64,000 nucleotides of DNA from the human T2T-CHM13v2.0 reference genome, Homo sapiens, in NCBI RefSeq assembly GCF_009914755.1, contig NC_060930.1; one strand, given 5' to 3'. Shown here in pieces: positions 16,716-30,157 of this stretch. Position numbers and translations under genes: made by a program. The notes under the pieces were generated by a model. It searched no databases. It was not told the DNA's origin and saw only the letters and a list, made by a program, of their open reading frames with translations. Every line of letters starts with the position of its first letter. Within the stretch, counting starts at the first letter, position 1.

Positions 16716-19232
16716 GGGTCAAGACTTTCCTTGTTGTTATGCTCTTTGGGAAGCTCTCATAAAAATTTGAAGGTCAAAGCCCTCTGGCCACACATTGCAA
16801 AACCAACAAAATAAGTAAAAAATATTTAAAATCCATGTGAAAACCAAATTCCAGCAATGACCAATGAAAAACATGCATACCGATCCCCAAAGGTCAGTGT
16901 GATGGAATTTGTCCTACAGTACTGAAGAAAACTGGGCACATGGAAGCAGCTTCCAAAGTGAATTTTCTTCTGCCGTGGCCTAATTTACAGATTGGGAAGT
17001 TTGTGTCTGTGAAAAGGTGGCACAGGCAGCACAGGCACCCCTGCCCAACTCATGGGTAGTGATGATTTCGGCAGAACTTAAAAGAAATAGAAGGGATGTT
17101 TGGAAGAGAAAAGAAAATGTAGCCCCAGACATTCATCAGAGGCTGGCTGGATTAGGAAATCTTTTAGGAGGGGGCAAAAAAGAAAAAGGCCATTTAAAGG
17201 TTTCTTGCTCAACAGTATACATTTTTACTGAGACTACTATGGACTTTACCGTCCTTCTCACCCAAAGACCTCATCTCCCAGCTCTGCTCCCAGGTTCTCT
17301 CCCTTGCCCACTGCCACTCCTGACACTTCCACTTACATCAGCTCATTAATCAGCACTTGCCCTTTGTGAAATACGCAGCTCCAAAATATTGTAACCTCGG
17401 CTCACGTTAATTACTTGGATAGTTGCACAGGATCCTGAGGGAAGTCAGAGACCTCTGCATACAGAAATGCCTCTGCCAAGCCTAATATTAGGATTTGATA
17501 TTTTTAAAAAACCTCTTTTTAGTATCCGACGTTCTTGGTCAGAGCACATCTTAGAAAGAATAGTATCATGTACAGAGCAAGTGCATCTCCTATACAAAAT
17601 TCTCTTGGGTTCCACTAGCCTAGATTTGGAACCTTTTAGATATAAATAACAGAGTTTCTGTAGAGTCACATTAAAGTACGTGTTTTTGATTTAGGGTTTA
17701 TGAATGACCTGGGGCGGGGAGGAGGAGGAATCCATGCCATCCATGAAATTGTAGGCATGCTTTTAAGTGCTAAGGCATTTTTCTGTAGCAAGAATGATAG
17801 CATTTATTAGATCCTCAAAGCAGTTCACAGACCCAGCAAGAATCTTCTCAAATCTATTTGCTATTATTGGGCTGGTGAGTTAACCACAAAACTAATCTCT
17901 AAACTTGATTGGCCTAAATGCCTTGGACATTGAAATGGCTCCTCATGGCAGAGGAGCAAGATTGAAATAGTGAGAAGGACAAAAGCATTATTCCTCCTGT
18001 TAATTACTCATTATTCCTATAATGGTTTTCTTGGGATGTCTATGGATGTCTTACACGAGGAAAGAAAGCATATCATTTACTAAAATTCCAAAGAAACCAG
18101 AGCTTTAGGTATACACAGGCAGTGACATTAATTTGACAAGGGGCCTCTGAGATAAATTTGGCAAAGGTGATCTTCTCATCCCCAGAGATGCCTTGCCTGC
18201 TGTGTAGGGTTGAAAGCAGGAAGCACAGGGGAAATAAACTGGAGCAGTGCTGGGCCCTGCTCCCAACCACTCATGGGAGCCAACAGTGTGCTTCTCTTTT
18301 CAACAATATTTTCAGTGACACCACATTGGCAGCTTGGCATTGGCCATGCAGGGAGTATGTACACCCATGAAAGACAGCAAACACTATAAATACTTTCCTC
18401 AGAGATGCAATAATTAAACATTTACCAACACATAACTGATCAAGACCCTTTTGTGAGTTTTCAAGCTGTGCAGAGCTGGTTGTCCAGAGGCCGTGCTTAG
18501 AGACTAGATGAAGACACATCAAAAAATTTTAAAAAAAAGCTAAATTATAAAGTAAAAAATGTGCATATACCAAATTTAAAGGCATTTTTTAATCATTTTG
18601 ATGCAAAATTCTGAATAGGCTTATGGGAACGGAACTCTTCACAATTATTTGGTGCCCGTGTGTTGATGGGGCTTCGGGCTCAGGCTTTGTCTGTGTGTGG
18701 AGAATCCAGCACAGCTGTGGACATAGATGGAATTTTATTTTGCTTTCCCAAACAACCAGCTTATTCTATACTGGGCCAATGACCACAGTTCCACCTTTTT
18801 CAAGGTTTCCCAAACAAGATGTTTGTGGTGATTTTGTTTTGTTTTTGTTTGTTTTGCAACTCTCAGAAGCTCCTGACCAGTTAGGTTGTAAAGAATAACA
18901 AGACGATTTGGGTACTATAACACGGACAGGCTCAGGTGAGATTCCTTGGCGTTACCCCTGAAGAGTCAGGCTCTTGATCTGGAAGGAGCTAAATGATAAT
19001 ATCCCCTTTTCTGATGCAGCTGCCACAGAAAATAGAGGAAACAGCTCAGCGAGAAGAAACTAGAGTCCACTCTGCTCTGACTTCAACAGCTCACCTAGTG
19101 TTCTATGCCACCAGGGCAGCCAGAGGCTAGCAGGTTTCTGCAGGACTGAAACACATGAACCTCCAAATTCATGTGAGTTATACCAGCAAATACTGCTCCA
19201 GTTGGAAACCAAACATCTTTTTGATTACTGGC

Positions 19233-19655
19233 TATGTTAGTTTCTGTCTGCTGAGATGCAAATGCCAGAACGGGATTAGATGTACAAGAGATTTATGGGT
19301 GAGGCAGCCAGAGAGTTAGGAAGCACCTTGAGACTACAAGGAAGGTCTGACAACTGTGGAAGGAAAAAGGCAAGGAAGGAGAATTGGGCAAGAGGAGACT
19401 TGGACCACAGCCCAGTTCTAGGCAAGATTCGGTGAGACTGTTGGCGAGCACCCTAGTCAGAGTCACCTGGTAGGAGGAGTCCTGTGTCTCACCAGATTGG
19501 GCCTGTCTTAGACCACTGCCAAGCTCAGACTGACCGAGAGCAGCCCATGGGGAGTGTGGCTTCCAGTGAATGGAAGGTAGATCCAGAGGACAGCGGCTTT
19601 TGCTTCTTCAGCAGATCTGAGTGGTGCATTTTCATGGCCACCATGCTGGTCATTG
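19233..19655 (-). mobile_element. ERV-L solo LTR (LTR33-like)
   Basis: gggattagatgtacaagagatttatggg...gtctgacaactgtggaagga...gagcagcccatgggg matches antisense LTR33. Confidence 0.7.
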
Positions 19656-20733
19656 TCATACTTGCACAAATACTGCTGTCACTGAATTTGCTTTTTTGGT
19701 TTTTTTTAATGCAAGGGCTTGCAATGGCCCTTTAATGCAAGGCTGCTATGTGAGAAGTACAAGGTCATGCAACAAATGTATTTTTATATATGTTGCACTT
19801 CTCTTGGGAAAAAGTTTGCAGACTAGAAATCACAACTATGTGAGGGTCTTCCAAGGCTGTTTATTGACTTTGGCTTGCGCTCAAAATGTACAAAGTGTCT
19901 AAGACATGATCTACAGGAACAGGAAATTGCAGAAAATGTAAGGGATTGGGAAGCTGGAAGCTCAGGCAAAATGTGGTTCCATCCTTGGGGATAAGAATAT
20001 ATACCTCTCGACGTACATACGAGGAGAATGAGTAGGAACTGACATTGGCAGTGCAAGAGAAATCTGTGCTCTGTATTTTACATTATCTTTGCTTTCTTTC
20101 CTTTTATCCTCTACGGCATTAAGTAATGTCCTCTAGAATGTTCTAGTCCTCAAAATGTAAGAACTCAGAAAAGTGATCTTTCATTTACTTTGGGGACAGA
20201 ATTTTAGAAAGGAAGTCAGTGCAATGGTAGCCACAGTAATTTAAGAAGAGAAAACCCATGGGACAGATAAAATCTAGGAGGAACAGAGGCAGATGCACTT
20301 GGCCCCAATACCTTGTCTTACCTGGGCAGTCTCCTATGAGGACTAAAACTTTGGAGAGTCTGCATTTTGTTTTAATAAGGGAGTTCAATTCCCTTAGATA
20401 GATTATAAAAATGTATGCCTCTTAGTGAACCAAAGGCTCATTATGCAACACCTTCTAAACAGTGTTCCATAATCACTATCACAGACTCAGGAACTCAACA
20501 AACCATTAGCCCTTCCAAGCCTCTTTCAAGGGTTTTCTGTGAATCTCCAGCACCCCAGTCACATAGTCCTTAGAAGGCAGCACCTACAGTCTGATGTCAG
20601 AGGCCTGGATTATTTCGGGAGCTCCCAGTCACCCCTTAGCCACGTGCAACAGCCCACTTTGCTATGCAATACAGATTTAAGGAAAAGATTCTCTTGGTTA
20701 GGTTCTCAGAAGTATTAGTAGGCCAGGAAAATA

Positions 20734-20734
20734 G

Positions 20735-20777
<43 letters not shown>

Positions 20778-20778
20778 T
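20734..20778. repeat. (CT)n microsatellite
   Basis: About 20 CT units with two interruptions. Confidence 0.95.
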
Positions 20779-21049
20779 GGAAGTCTACCAAGAAATAAGT
20801 GCTGAATAAATGAACAAATGGATGGTGCAATCAGGTGAGAATTCAGACTAATTTTAATGCTACTTTCTTCTATCCTATACACCCAAAGAACTAGCCTTAT
20901 GCCTCTGTCAGTGGACAGTACAGTAGATGTGGCCCAAGACCTCTTCCCAAGCCTGCTGCAGACAACAGGAGATATAACAAGAATACTTAACTGCTTCCTT
21001 TCATTTGGAACTGAGCTCTCGTCCTTCTAAGAGATGAAGGATAATTCTC

Positions 21050-21380
21050 TGTATTTTGCTCAGTGTTTCATAGTTTTCAAAGCAATTTTATAAGTTATCT
21101 TCTCTAAGACTCATATTAGATTTATAAAGCAGGAGCTACCATATTATCTCCATTTTCCCAAAGAGAAAACTGAGGCCCAGAGAAGTTGATTAACTTGTCC
21201 AAAATCAAGCGTCAGGGAGTGTTTGAGCTGAAATAATGGTGATAAACAACAGCAACAGCAACTACTTATTGAGTGCTTATTTTGTACTAAATACTAAAAG
21301 CTTTGCGTAGACTACCTCTAATTATTAAAAGAGCCTTGTAAAGAAGGTATCTATATGTTCATTTTGTAAACAGAGTAAGC
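21050..21380 (-). mobile_element. Two MIR fragments
   Basis: gaaaactgaggcccagagaagttgattaacttgtccaaaatca; acttattgagtgcttattttgt. Confidence 0.65.
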
Positions 21381-23142
21381 AGCAAAATGCCATTCGTATA
21401 TAGACCCTCAAAGAACATTAGCAGATTGATCAATTGGAATAGATAATCTGTTGGCTGAGTCCAAATCTATTAAATTTTTAGAAAGAGATTTAGACTTTTA
21501 AAGAAGTGTAGTTAGGCAGCAAACAAAAAAGGGAGGAGATATTCATCTAATTCAGAAACATCAGTTTTTCCAATGGGCTGAACTATGGTATTCAAGTATA
21601 AAATTTCCCTCTTGTATTCTTCTTTGATTAAATCCCTCTCTGTCAAAGCTGGCCTTATCTTTAGGTGGAGTCTGATATGCTGTAACTAGTCTGGAGGATC
21701 CTCAAAAGACCTCTACTTAAAAACCCTTCCCCACCAACAATCCTATAACCTATATTCCATAATTGTAGCTACCAGGCTTATAGTTTGAGAATACTCTAAT
21801 TAAAATAGAAAAGAATATTACAGGTGGCCCTTTGACTCTCCAGCTATTATTTACCTCTTAGAGTGAACAAAGATTTTAAGCACATGCTTTAATGTGAGAG
21901 GAAGGCAGGAAAATAAGGTAATCTGAGTCTAGAAGGGAAAAGGAGGAAAAAGCTTCAGAATGAAGGCACAGCTCGTAGAAAACTTAATTCACGCGTTTGA
22001 CTGAGCCTATCTTATTTACTAGGAGAAAATTAGTGCACAGTCATACTTCAAGTCATTTCACTCATTATTCCCCAACTGTTTCCCCAATTTCTCATCATTT
22101 CATCAACACTTCCTCCCCCTGCACACTCACACTCACACATATAAACTTGTTCCCAGGATATGATTCAGACAGTAGAGAAAATATATCTCTGGCATGATTC
22201 CTTCCACAATTTAATTAATACAAGCAAAGTAACAGGCATGATAATCACGATGAAGCAAAACCACTAACAACGGAAAAAAAAATAAGAGAAAAAATATACT
22301 CACTGGGAAGATGTTTTATTGCTAACGTGGGTTACTAAGGTCCCCACTATTGCTCATTTTCTTAGAAGGCTTAAATAGTATAGTCAAATCAATTTGGAGT
22401 TGGCATCAATACTCTTGGAAATGCTCTTCCATTTCCAAAAACAGAATGGTAGCAAAGAAAGTTAGCCAAGCGCATGAGTATACATGTATTCATGAACTGA
22501 TGGTGTGGTTCTATGCTTCAGAACATGACCCTGGGATCCCCTTTCCATTCTTCGTCAAAGATCACTTTTCAAAGCACAGCTCAATTTCTTGCTTTCCAGA
22601 AGCCTCCCTGGGTCTCTCAAACCTAGCAGAATCCCTTCTTTCTCAGAAATCCTAGCGCTCATTTAACTCACAGACTGTAATACAACAGTGGCAGCAAGAG
22701 ATGGTTTCTATTCATGGAGTACTGGGTGTTGTTGTTTTGTTTTCCAGAGCCCAGTGAACAAGACTGCATAGGCTTAGCTGCATTTGTAAACCTCTCCATC
22801 CCATCATTTAGAAAGCTGAGCCAGGCATCCTGAGCAGTTGGCTCTGAAGCCTTTCACCTAGCATGGCTGCATGTGGTCCATTGATTGCATCTATACATGA
22901 ATAAACATTCAGGAAATGCAGCCTTGTTGATAAAGGGGACCAGGGACCTGGGGCTCTGTGTGCACATCACTGGGGTTCCATTTCATTTGTCTGCCTCTAC
23001 TCACGAGCAAGAGGGATTTATCCATAAAACAAAACAGGCATTTTAGCAACTCCTGGATGCTCAGTTCATCTCTTGGCACATCTTATTTAGGATATTGAGC
23101 CAGCTACCAAACCTAGGAGGGAATCTGAGTGGTCACTCAGAT

Positions 23143-23230
23143 AGAGTGACCAACTGTCCAGTTTACCGGGGACTGAAAAGGTTCACGAAATGAGGGTTTT
23201 CAGTTTTAAAACCAAGGCCGTCCAGGGTAG
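23143..23230 (+). mobile_element. hAT-Blackjack (MER94/MER81-like) fragment
   Basis: agagtgaccaactgtccagtttaccggggactg resembles the Blackjack terminus. Confidence 0.45.
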
Positions 23231-25085
23231 AGTAAGACCCCTATGGATGAAGACTGATTCTTGTTCAATGGACAGAAAGCATACAAGAGGCCAAGGATTC
23301 AGTACCGTGTCTGGGTCAGCAGGAGAAGGCGGAGAAACACTTGAATTGTAAACGTGTCTTCCAGAAGAATGAGGCCCTTGCAGGATAGGGTTCCTCCAGC
23401 TTGTTCAGAGGAAACCATGTTTATGGAAGACATTATGCATACAATTCCAAATCAGGAAATGGATGATAACATAAAAGGAAGAGGCCCTAAGTCCCCTGAT
23501 CAGAGAGACCTGAAAGTCAGCCCAAGTGACCCCACAGAGGACCACGCTACAAAAACCCCTGGGCTCCCAATCAGCAGCAGTGCCACCTGCTTCAGCAGAG
23601 TATGCCTCCAGGGCAGGCTGAGAAGTCTCTGATGAAGGAAGGTCCCAAGAGAGCAGTTCCTGCCCCAGGGACACAGGGCCATCAATGCACATACACTGAA
23701 GATCACATGGCATGGCTGGATTTCTTTCCTAATGAAACTTCATGTTAAGGCATAGGACCATCATTTCTGCCCTACGGGAAAGTGGGATTTCCTGGGAAGA
23801 ACTGTTTGGGGCTTCATCCTCTTAGAAGCTAGACAGCTCCAAGAGGCAATAGAAGACCCTTTTGGCTATGAGCAACTGCAACACAAGATTTTCATTCCAA
23901 AGTGAGAATCCCAAAAGTCCAAGGGCCATGGAATAAGATAACAAAGCTTCCCAGGCCTAATATTTAGCAATTTGTCACCTTGCTCTTCTCAAACAGGGAA
24001 AAAACCTGGTCCCAAGGTAATCAGATTTCTAACACTGAGGAGCCTTTCGGGAGGTGGGAGCGACAACTGTTACGAACTCCTTGTAGCTCTTGCTAAGCTG
24101 TGGTTCCTGGGAGCACCCAAGCTGAATGTGGGTGGCACAGCTCTAAAACGTTCTTTTCCAATTTGTTCTAAATCCTCCACATGCTGGGAAACTGGACCAC
24201 TTGCCAGAAGCAGGGCCCGGCCCCTCCAGCTCTGATTTTCAGTAGCCAATAGGACAAAATGGACTGCCAGAAGCTACGCATCTTGATGTCCAGGTGATGC
24301 TACCCTGTAAGCAACAAGCTTTTTAAAAAAATTCTGGAGTTTTACACATGCTCTGAAGAAAACAATCTTTTTGGATTTTTGCTTCAAGTCAGTGACATCT
24401 TTGATGGAGCTGGGTAATTGGAAAAGGGATTTAAATATGTCTGGAGGTTTCCCACACTGTAGAATTTGCAAACACTGTACGGAATCCGTAAGCAAACAGA
24501 ATTTACAAAGAACCTCTCCCCTCTGGAATTATTCAAGGATCCAGTTTGAAGAGATTTTAGTTTATTTTGAGGTGATGCCAGAAGGCCTTGAAAAGAAGAA
24601 CAAAGCAGAGTGGGGTGTGGTGTGGCGGGGAGGGACAGAGGGTGGGAGTCAGGGAGTGTCACTTTCTGGTAGAGAAAAAAAGACTGGTATGATCACCCAT
24701 CTGTGATGGTGACAGAGCAGTTAAAAGGAAAAGCTCTAGGGATGAGGCTGCCCTAGAGTCATTGTTAACGCGTGCGTGTGTTTGTGTGTGAGTGCACATT
24801 GCGTGTTTCTAAAACACATTCTCTTTTAATTCATTAAGCAGAGAGAATATTCTTTGAACAACCTGCTCATTTTCCTGCATAGAAGCTATTGCTGGACACA
24901 CAGAACCCTGCATACCTGTGCACACACATGTGTAGAGGCACTCAGTTCCATCTGGAGGTGGACCATTCATTCACAACGCCTTACACTCGCAACCATTTAA
25001 ACTGCTTAGAAATGCCTAGGGACCCTCCACCCACCACTCCCACTATGGACTCCAAGAGACTGCACTTCACAGTCTCTGGAGTGAT

Positions 25086-26480
25086 TTTTTAAATAAACAT
25101 TTTTCATTTTAAAATAGTTTTAGATTTACAGAAAAAAATTGAGAAGATAGTACAGAGAGCCTCCATATACTCCACACATTCATTTCCCCCTATTTATTTA
25201 CATATTTATGATTATTTATTTATTTTAAGAGAGGGTCTACCTCTGTCACCCAGGCTAGAGTGCAGTGACACAAGCATGGCTAAATGCAGCCTTGAACTCC
25301 TGAGCTCAAGCCTTCTTCTTGCCTTGACCTCTGAAAGTGCTGGGATTACAGGTGCAAGTAATTGCACCAGACCCTCCCTTATTATTATCTTACCTCAGTA
25401 TGATGCATTTGTTGCAATTAATGAACCAATACTGATAGATTATTATGAACTGAAGTTCATACTTAGTTTTTACTTAAAGTCCTTTTTCTGCACCAGGATC
25501 CCATCCAGGATACCCCATTATATTTAGTCCTCTTATCTCCTTAGGTTCCTCTTGGCTGTGACCGTTTCTCAGAGTTTCCTTGTTTTTTGATGACCTTGAC
25601 AGTTTTGAAAAGTACCGGTCAACCGTTTTGTAGAATATCCTTCAACCAGGATTTTTCTGACATCTGTCTTGTGATTAGGCTGGAATTGTGGATTTAAGAG
25701 AGAAAGACCATGGAGGCAAGATGCCATTGTCATCCTACTACAACAAGGACACATGATATCAATGTCTTTTCACTGTTGACATTGGCCTTCATCACCTGAC
25801 AAGGTAGTGTTTGTCAGGCTTCTCCAATGCACGCCATGCTCTTTGGAAGGAACTTACCGTGTGCAGCCTGCACTTAAAGAGTGGAGAACTATGCTTACCT
25901 TTCTTGAGGGGAGAGTATCTACCTAAATTAATTCTGCATGGGACATGTGTCTGTTTTCCTCCAGTTATTTATTTATTCAATCAATAATTTATTTATACTA
26001 GTATGCACTCATCAATATTTACTTTATGCTTTAGTTTATATTCCATACTACTTTACTTTGTTGCTCAAAATAAAGTTTTGGCCACTGGGAGCTCTTTTAA
26101 TTCACTCCTGTGTCTCTTTGACACCCTTCTCCCACCCACCCCAAACCTTGCGATATTATGGCTTAAAAAAAATACTTCCATTACTTTCTAGAGCTACAAG
26201 ATATTTCAAGTTCATCTTGTCTATTTCCTGTCCCGGTCCTAGAATTATTATTTCCCTGAGGAGCCCTGGTTTCTTTTATTGAAGACTATTAATATTAGAA
26301 AACAAGATCTGGGCACTAGGTGTGCTCACTGCTACTGGGGTATACCCACAGCCCTTCTTCTAGACCTCTCAGCTGACAGAGCAAGGGTATATATGTGTGC
26401 ACACTAACCTTCTTATATGCATATATCTATAACTATTGCTTTATGTAACCATCTGTAACCTATATTAAGCTAATTATGAT
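25086..26480 (-). mobile_element. L1MC 3' UTR
   Basis: atagttttagatttacagaaaaa...agatagtacagagag; ccaggatcccatccaggatacc; tgaccttgacagttttgaa. Confidence 0.8.
25190..25373 (-). mobile_element. Alu monomer (FRAM/FAM-like) within L1MC
   Basis: (TTAT)n tail + ctctgtcacccaggctagagtgcagtg...gtgctgggattacagg, single arm. Confidence 0.85.
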
Positions 26481-26827
26481 GTCTCCTCTGAGGGATTTTA
26501 AAATGTAGAATATTGCTTAAAAATTAGATCTATTTCTTAGAAAGAACATTCTAAGAGGATTCTAATCTAGACTATTAGAGGAAGAAACTTGAACCACAGA
26601 TATCTGTATAAATGTGTTTCAGAAGGTCAAGGCCTGATTAAGCTAGTGGTAGAGTATATCCTAAGACCTTGAATAGCCAACAGATGGAATTAAGCAGTTT
26701 TAAAAAATAAGGCTTATTGTCATTGTTAAGAATTTGCTTCCACTAAACTTTGTATTTTTTACCCCTTAGAAGTCACAGATGTGAATTCACCACTTTTTTA
26801 AATTTTTCAAATATTTTATTTGGCTTT

Positions 26828-26930
26828 TTATAAAATAGAATATTTTTTAGAGCAGCTTTAGCTTCACAGCAAAATTGAGTGGAAGGTACGAAGATTTTCC
26901 ATATACCCCCTACCCTCACACATGCACACC
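26828..26930 (-). mobile_element. L1MD/L1MC extreme 3' end
   Basis: ttttttagagcagctttagcttcacagcaaaattgagtggaaggtac...ccatataccccct. Confidence 0.75.
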
Positions 26931-29622
26931 CAACTTTGTGGCTTGCTGGGTTAGATAACACCCAGTTCATGATGAGCAGCTCAGGTCTCATGGTAACTTG
27001 GTGGCCCATGGCTAAGTGTTCAGTTTCTTTTATGACCCAGTGACAACCCAAGAACTGACTTTCAAAAGGAGAGCAGTTACCTGCAGATGGTGGAAGGGCC
27101 TTGCTCCAAAATCTTAAAGGCCTGCCCTGTGATTCTTCTATAGGTGCCTACCAAAGGCCTCAAACAGCATCCTTGTCTGCCACTAGCACCTCAAGCACCA
27201 TTGGATCTGCTGGATCATATGTCCCAAGTGAAAGAGCAGCTTGCACAGCAGCCTGCACCTGTTGCAGAGCCTTCTCCTGTTCTGGTCCCCATTCAAAACT
27301 AGCAGCTGTTAGGGTCACTTGGCAAATGGTTCAGATTAACATGCCCAAATTACGAATGTGTTGCCTCCAAAACCCAAGTAGGCCCACTAAGCATTGTGCC
27401 TCTTTCTGGGTTGTAGGAGGGACCAGATGCAACAGCTTATCCTTGATCTTAGAGGGGGTATCTTGACATGCCCCACACAATTAGGCCCCTAAAAATTTCA
27501 CTAAGGTAGAAGGCCCCGGAATTTTAGTTTGATTTATTTCCCACTCTCTGACATGCAAATGTCTTACCAATAAGTCTAGAGTAGCTGCTACTTCTCCTTC
27601 ACTAGTCCGATCGGTATAATGTCATCAATGTAATGGACCAGTGTGATATTTTGTGGAAAGAAAAGTGATCGATATCCCTGCAAACTAGATTATGATATAG
27701 AGTTGGAGAATTAGTATACCCTGAAGTGGGACAGTGAAGATATACTGCTAGCTGAAGGCACATTGCTTCTGGTGGGCCTTATAGATAGGGATGGAATAAA
27801 AGACATTTGTCAGATCAACAGCTGCATACCAGGTACCAGGAGATGTGTTAATTTGTTCAAGTGATGAAACCGTATCTGGTACAGCCATTGCAATTGGAGT
27901 AACCATTTGATTAGGCTTACAGTGACCTACTGTCATTCCCCAAGATTCCATCTGTCTTCTACACAGGCCAAATAGGAGAGTTGAACAGGGATGTGGTGGG
28001 AATTACCCGCCTCCCGCATCTTTCAAGTCCTTGATAGTAGCACAAATCTCTGCAATTACTTCAGGGATGTGATATTGCTTTTGATTTATCATTTTCCTAG
28101 GTAGAGGCAGATCTAATGGCTTGTACTTGGCCTTTTCCACCATCACAGTCCTCATTTCACAGGTTGGGGAAGAAATGTGGGAATTCTGCCAGCTGCCAAG
28201 TATGTCTATTCCCATTATGCATTCTGGAACTGGGGAAATAACCATAGGATGGGTTCAGAGACCCACTGGATCCATACCTGAGCTAAAACTCCATTGATCA
28301 TCTGACCTCCATAAGCCCCTATTCTGACCAGAAAGCTAAGATGATGCTACAGGTCTCTCAGAATCAATGTCAGTTCAGAGCTAGTGTCTAGTAGTCCCCT
28401 AAAGGTTTGATTTCCTTTTCTCCAGTGCACATTTACCCTGGAAAAAAAAAAACCACAGGTCCCTTTGGAGAAGGCTTGGAGAGTGATTAACAGTATAAAT
28501 TTTTAGTAGCGTATGGAGTCTTTCCTGAAGAGGACCTGACCTCCCTTTCATTCAGGGGGTTCTGGTTCTGCAAACTGGCTCATCTGGGAATTGATTGAGG
28601 GGCCATGATTTGAGTCTCAGTTTTTATTATTTGAGTTAAACTTTTGTTCACTTGACCTGCAAGTTTTCTACTTATACAGATCAAGCAAAAATTTAGATAG
28701 GCTTCCTGACTGTTTCACTTCTAGGAACACCATGATTAATTTGCAAATGTCGTAGATTTACATAGGTCAGACTATTCTGATTTTTGCTTTGTCTCTGCTG
28801 TTTTTTATGGTAACTATGCCCACCTTGCCTTTGGCAGGATTCTGGGATGACAGCTGCATCTTGGCTCCTGCCATCCCAGAATCCTATTATACCCACTGGA
28901 TTTAAGTTTTCCAGTTGAATATCTGTGGTTCCCACTAGAAGATCTGACCTATTGAGAAGAATAATCATGGAGCTCTTCAGGGATGCTGGGACTCCTCTCA
29001 CAAACCACTCTCTTAAAATGTTGGTGAAAGGTATATTTTCTTGACTTTCCCAGCATGGGTCAGCAAGTTTTAAGTGACTTTAGCATTTCAGTCTCCCTAA
29101 GCCTTTGAATCCCTTCCTCCATGTTAACCCAAGGGCAATCAGGCATCTCCAGCTTCTTCACGGTGGGCTATCTTTTGATCCATATTTTAGCCAATCAACC
29201 AACCAACCAAACAATTACAGCCCTTTCTAAGTCCCTGAGCTGCAACAGTAAATGCAGAATCTCAGCTTAGTGGGCCCAAATCAATAAAGTCAACCTGATC
29301 CCATTTTTTTATTCCTTCCACTATTACCCCTCACCCTTAATACCCATTCCCATGCATATTCCCTGGATTTCTGCTGATATAAATTAGAAAATGCAAGTAG
29401 TTCTTTTGGAGGGTAGTGTACTCATGGGTCACACTTTGTACTTTGCCTTTAGAGGCCTGCTGGGACTTGAGTCTAGTTATAGGTCTAGAAGCAAAGAAGG
29501 GTGGTGGAGGTGGGTCTTTGGGAGAATCAGCAGTGTCATGGTTGGCCACTGTTTCAGAGGGGGCCATTACCATTTCCTCAGGCAATGCAGGGTTAATCCT
29601 CTCAGACAGAGGTGGAAAGGCA
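26923..29622 (-). mobile_element. HERV-L/ERV-L internal gag-pro-pol remnant, no LTRs
   Basis: Minus-strand peptides [24 protein letters not shown] (~27615-27645), GLLDTSSEL (protease, ~28370-28400), VISPVPECIMGIDIL, gag PPPPFFASRPITRLKSQQ. Confidence 0.92.
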
Positions 29623-29689
29623 CATACCATTTTGGGAAAATGCTATGGAAGAAATGCTTAAAATAATTAGAAATCATGGAAACATAAAC

Positions 29690-30157
29690 TAAGTCCATAC
29701 ATATAAGAGTGCATAAAATAAAAAAGCTGTGTAATGCTAAGCTCTGGTAAAAGATTGTAGAGATAGAAAACTTTCATGAATTGCTGGTAGGAGTATAGTC
29801 TGGTGTAGCCACTTCAGAGACCTATCTGGTTGTACTTGGACAAACTAAGAACACACAAACTCTAATATATTAGAATTCAGCAGTTCCATTTGTGGGCTTA
29901 TATGCCCAAATTATTTTACACAGAATCATAAGAAGACATGAGCAAAGATTCTACTACAGTTTTACTTATGACATTGAGGAGCTAGATGTAACCTGGTGTT
30001 TACTCTGGGAGATAAGCCAGGTAAAATAATGCAGATGCACATTTGTGGAGTATAATGGAGCAGTTGGAAGAAACATGAATTTCTGGAAAACATGATGGTT
30101 GGTGAAAAAAGTAAAAAGTGAAATTTTAGAAGAATAGGCACCATTTACATGCATTTC
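29690..30157 (+). mobile_element. Old L1ME 3' fragment (host of the L1MB insertion; resumes at ~40216-40420)
   Basis: ttgctggtaggagtatagtctggtgtagccactt...cagttccatttgtgggcttatatgccc L1 ORF2-end/3'UTR motifs. Confidence 0.65.

Noticed and set aside
22260-22310. Minus-strand splice signals (GTGAGT donor and poly-T acceptor)
   Set aside because: The sites are only ~40 nt apart, too short for an intron, and no convincing partner sites were found
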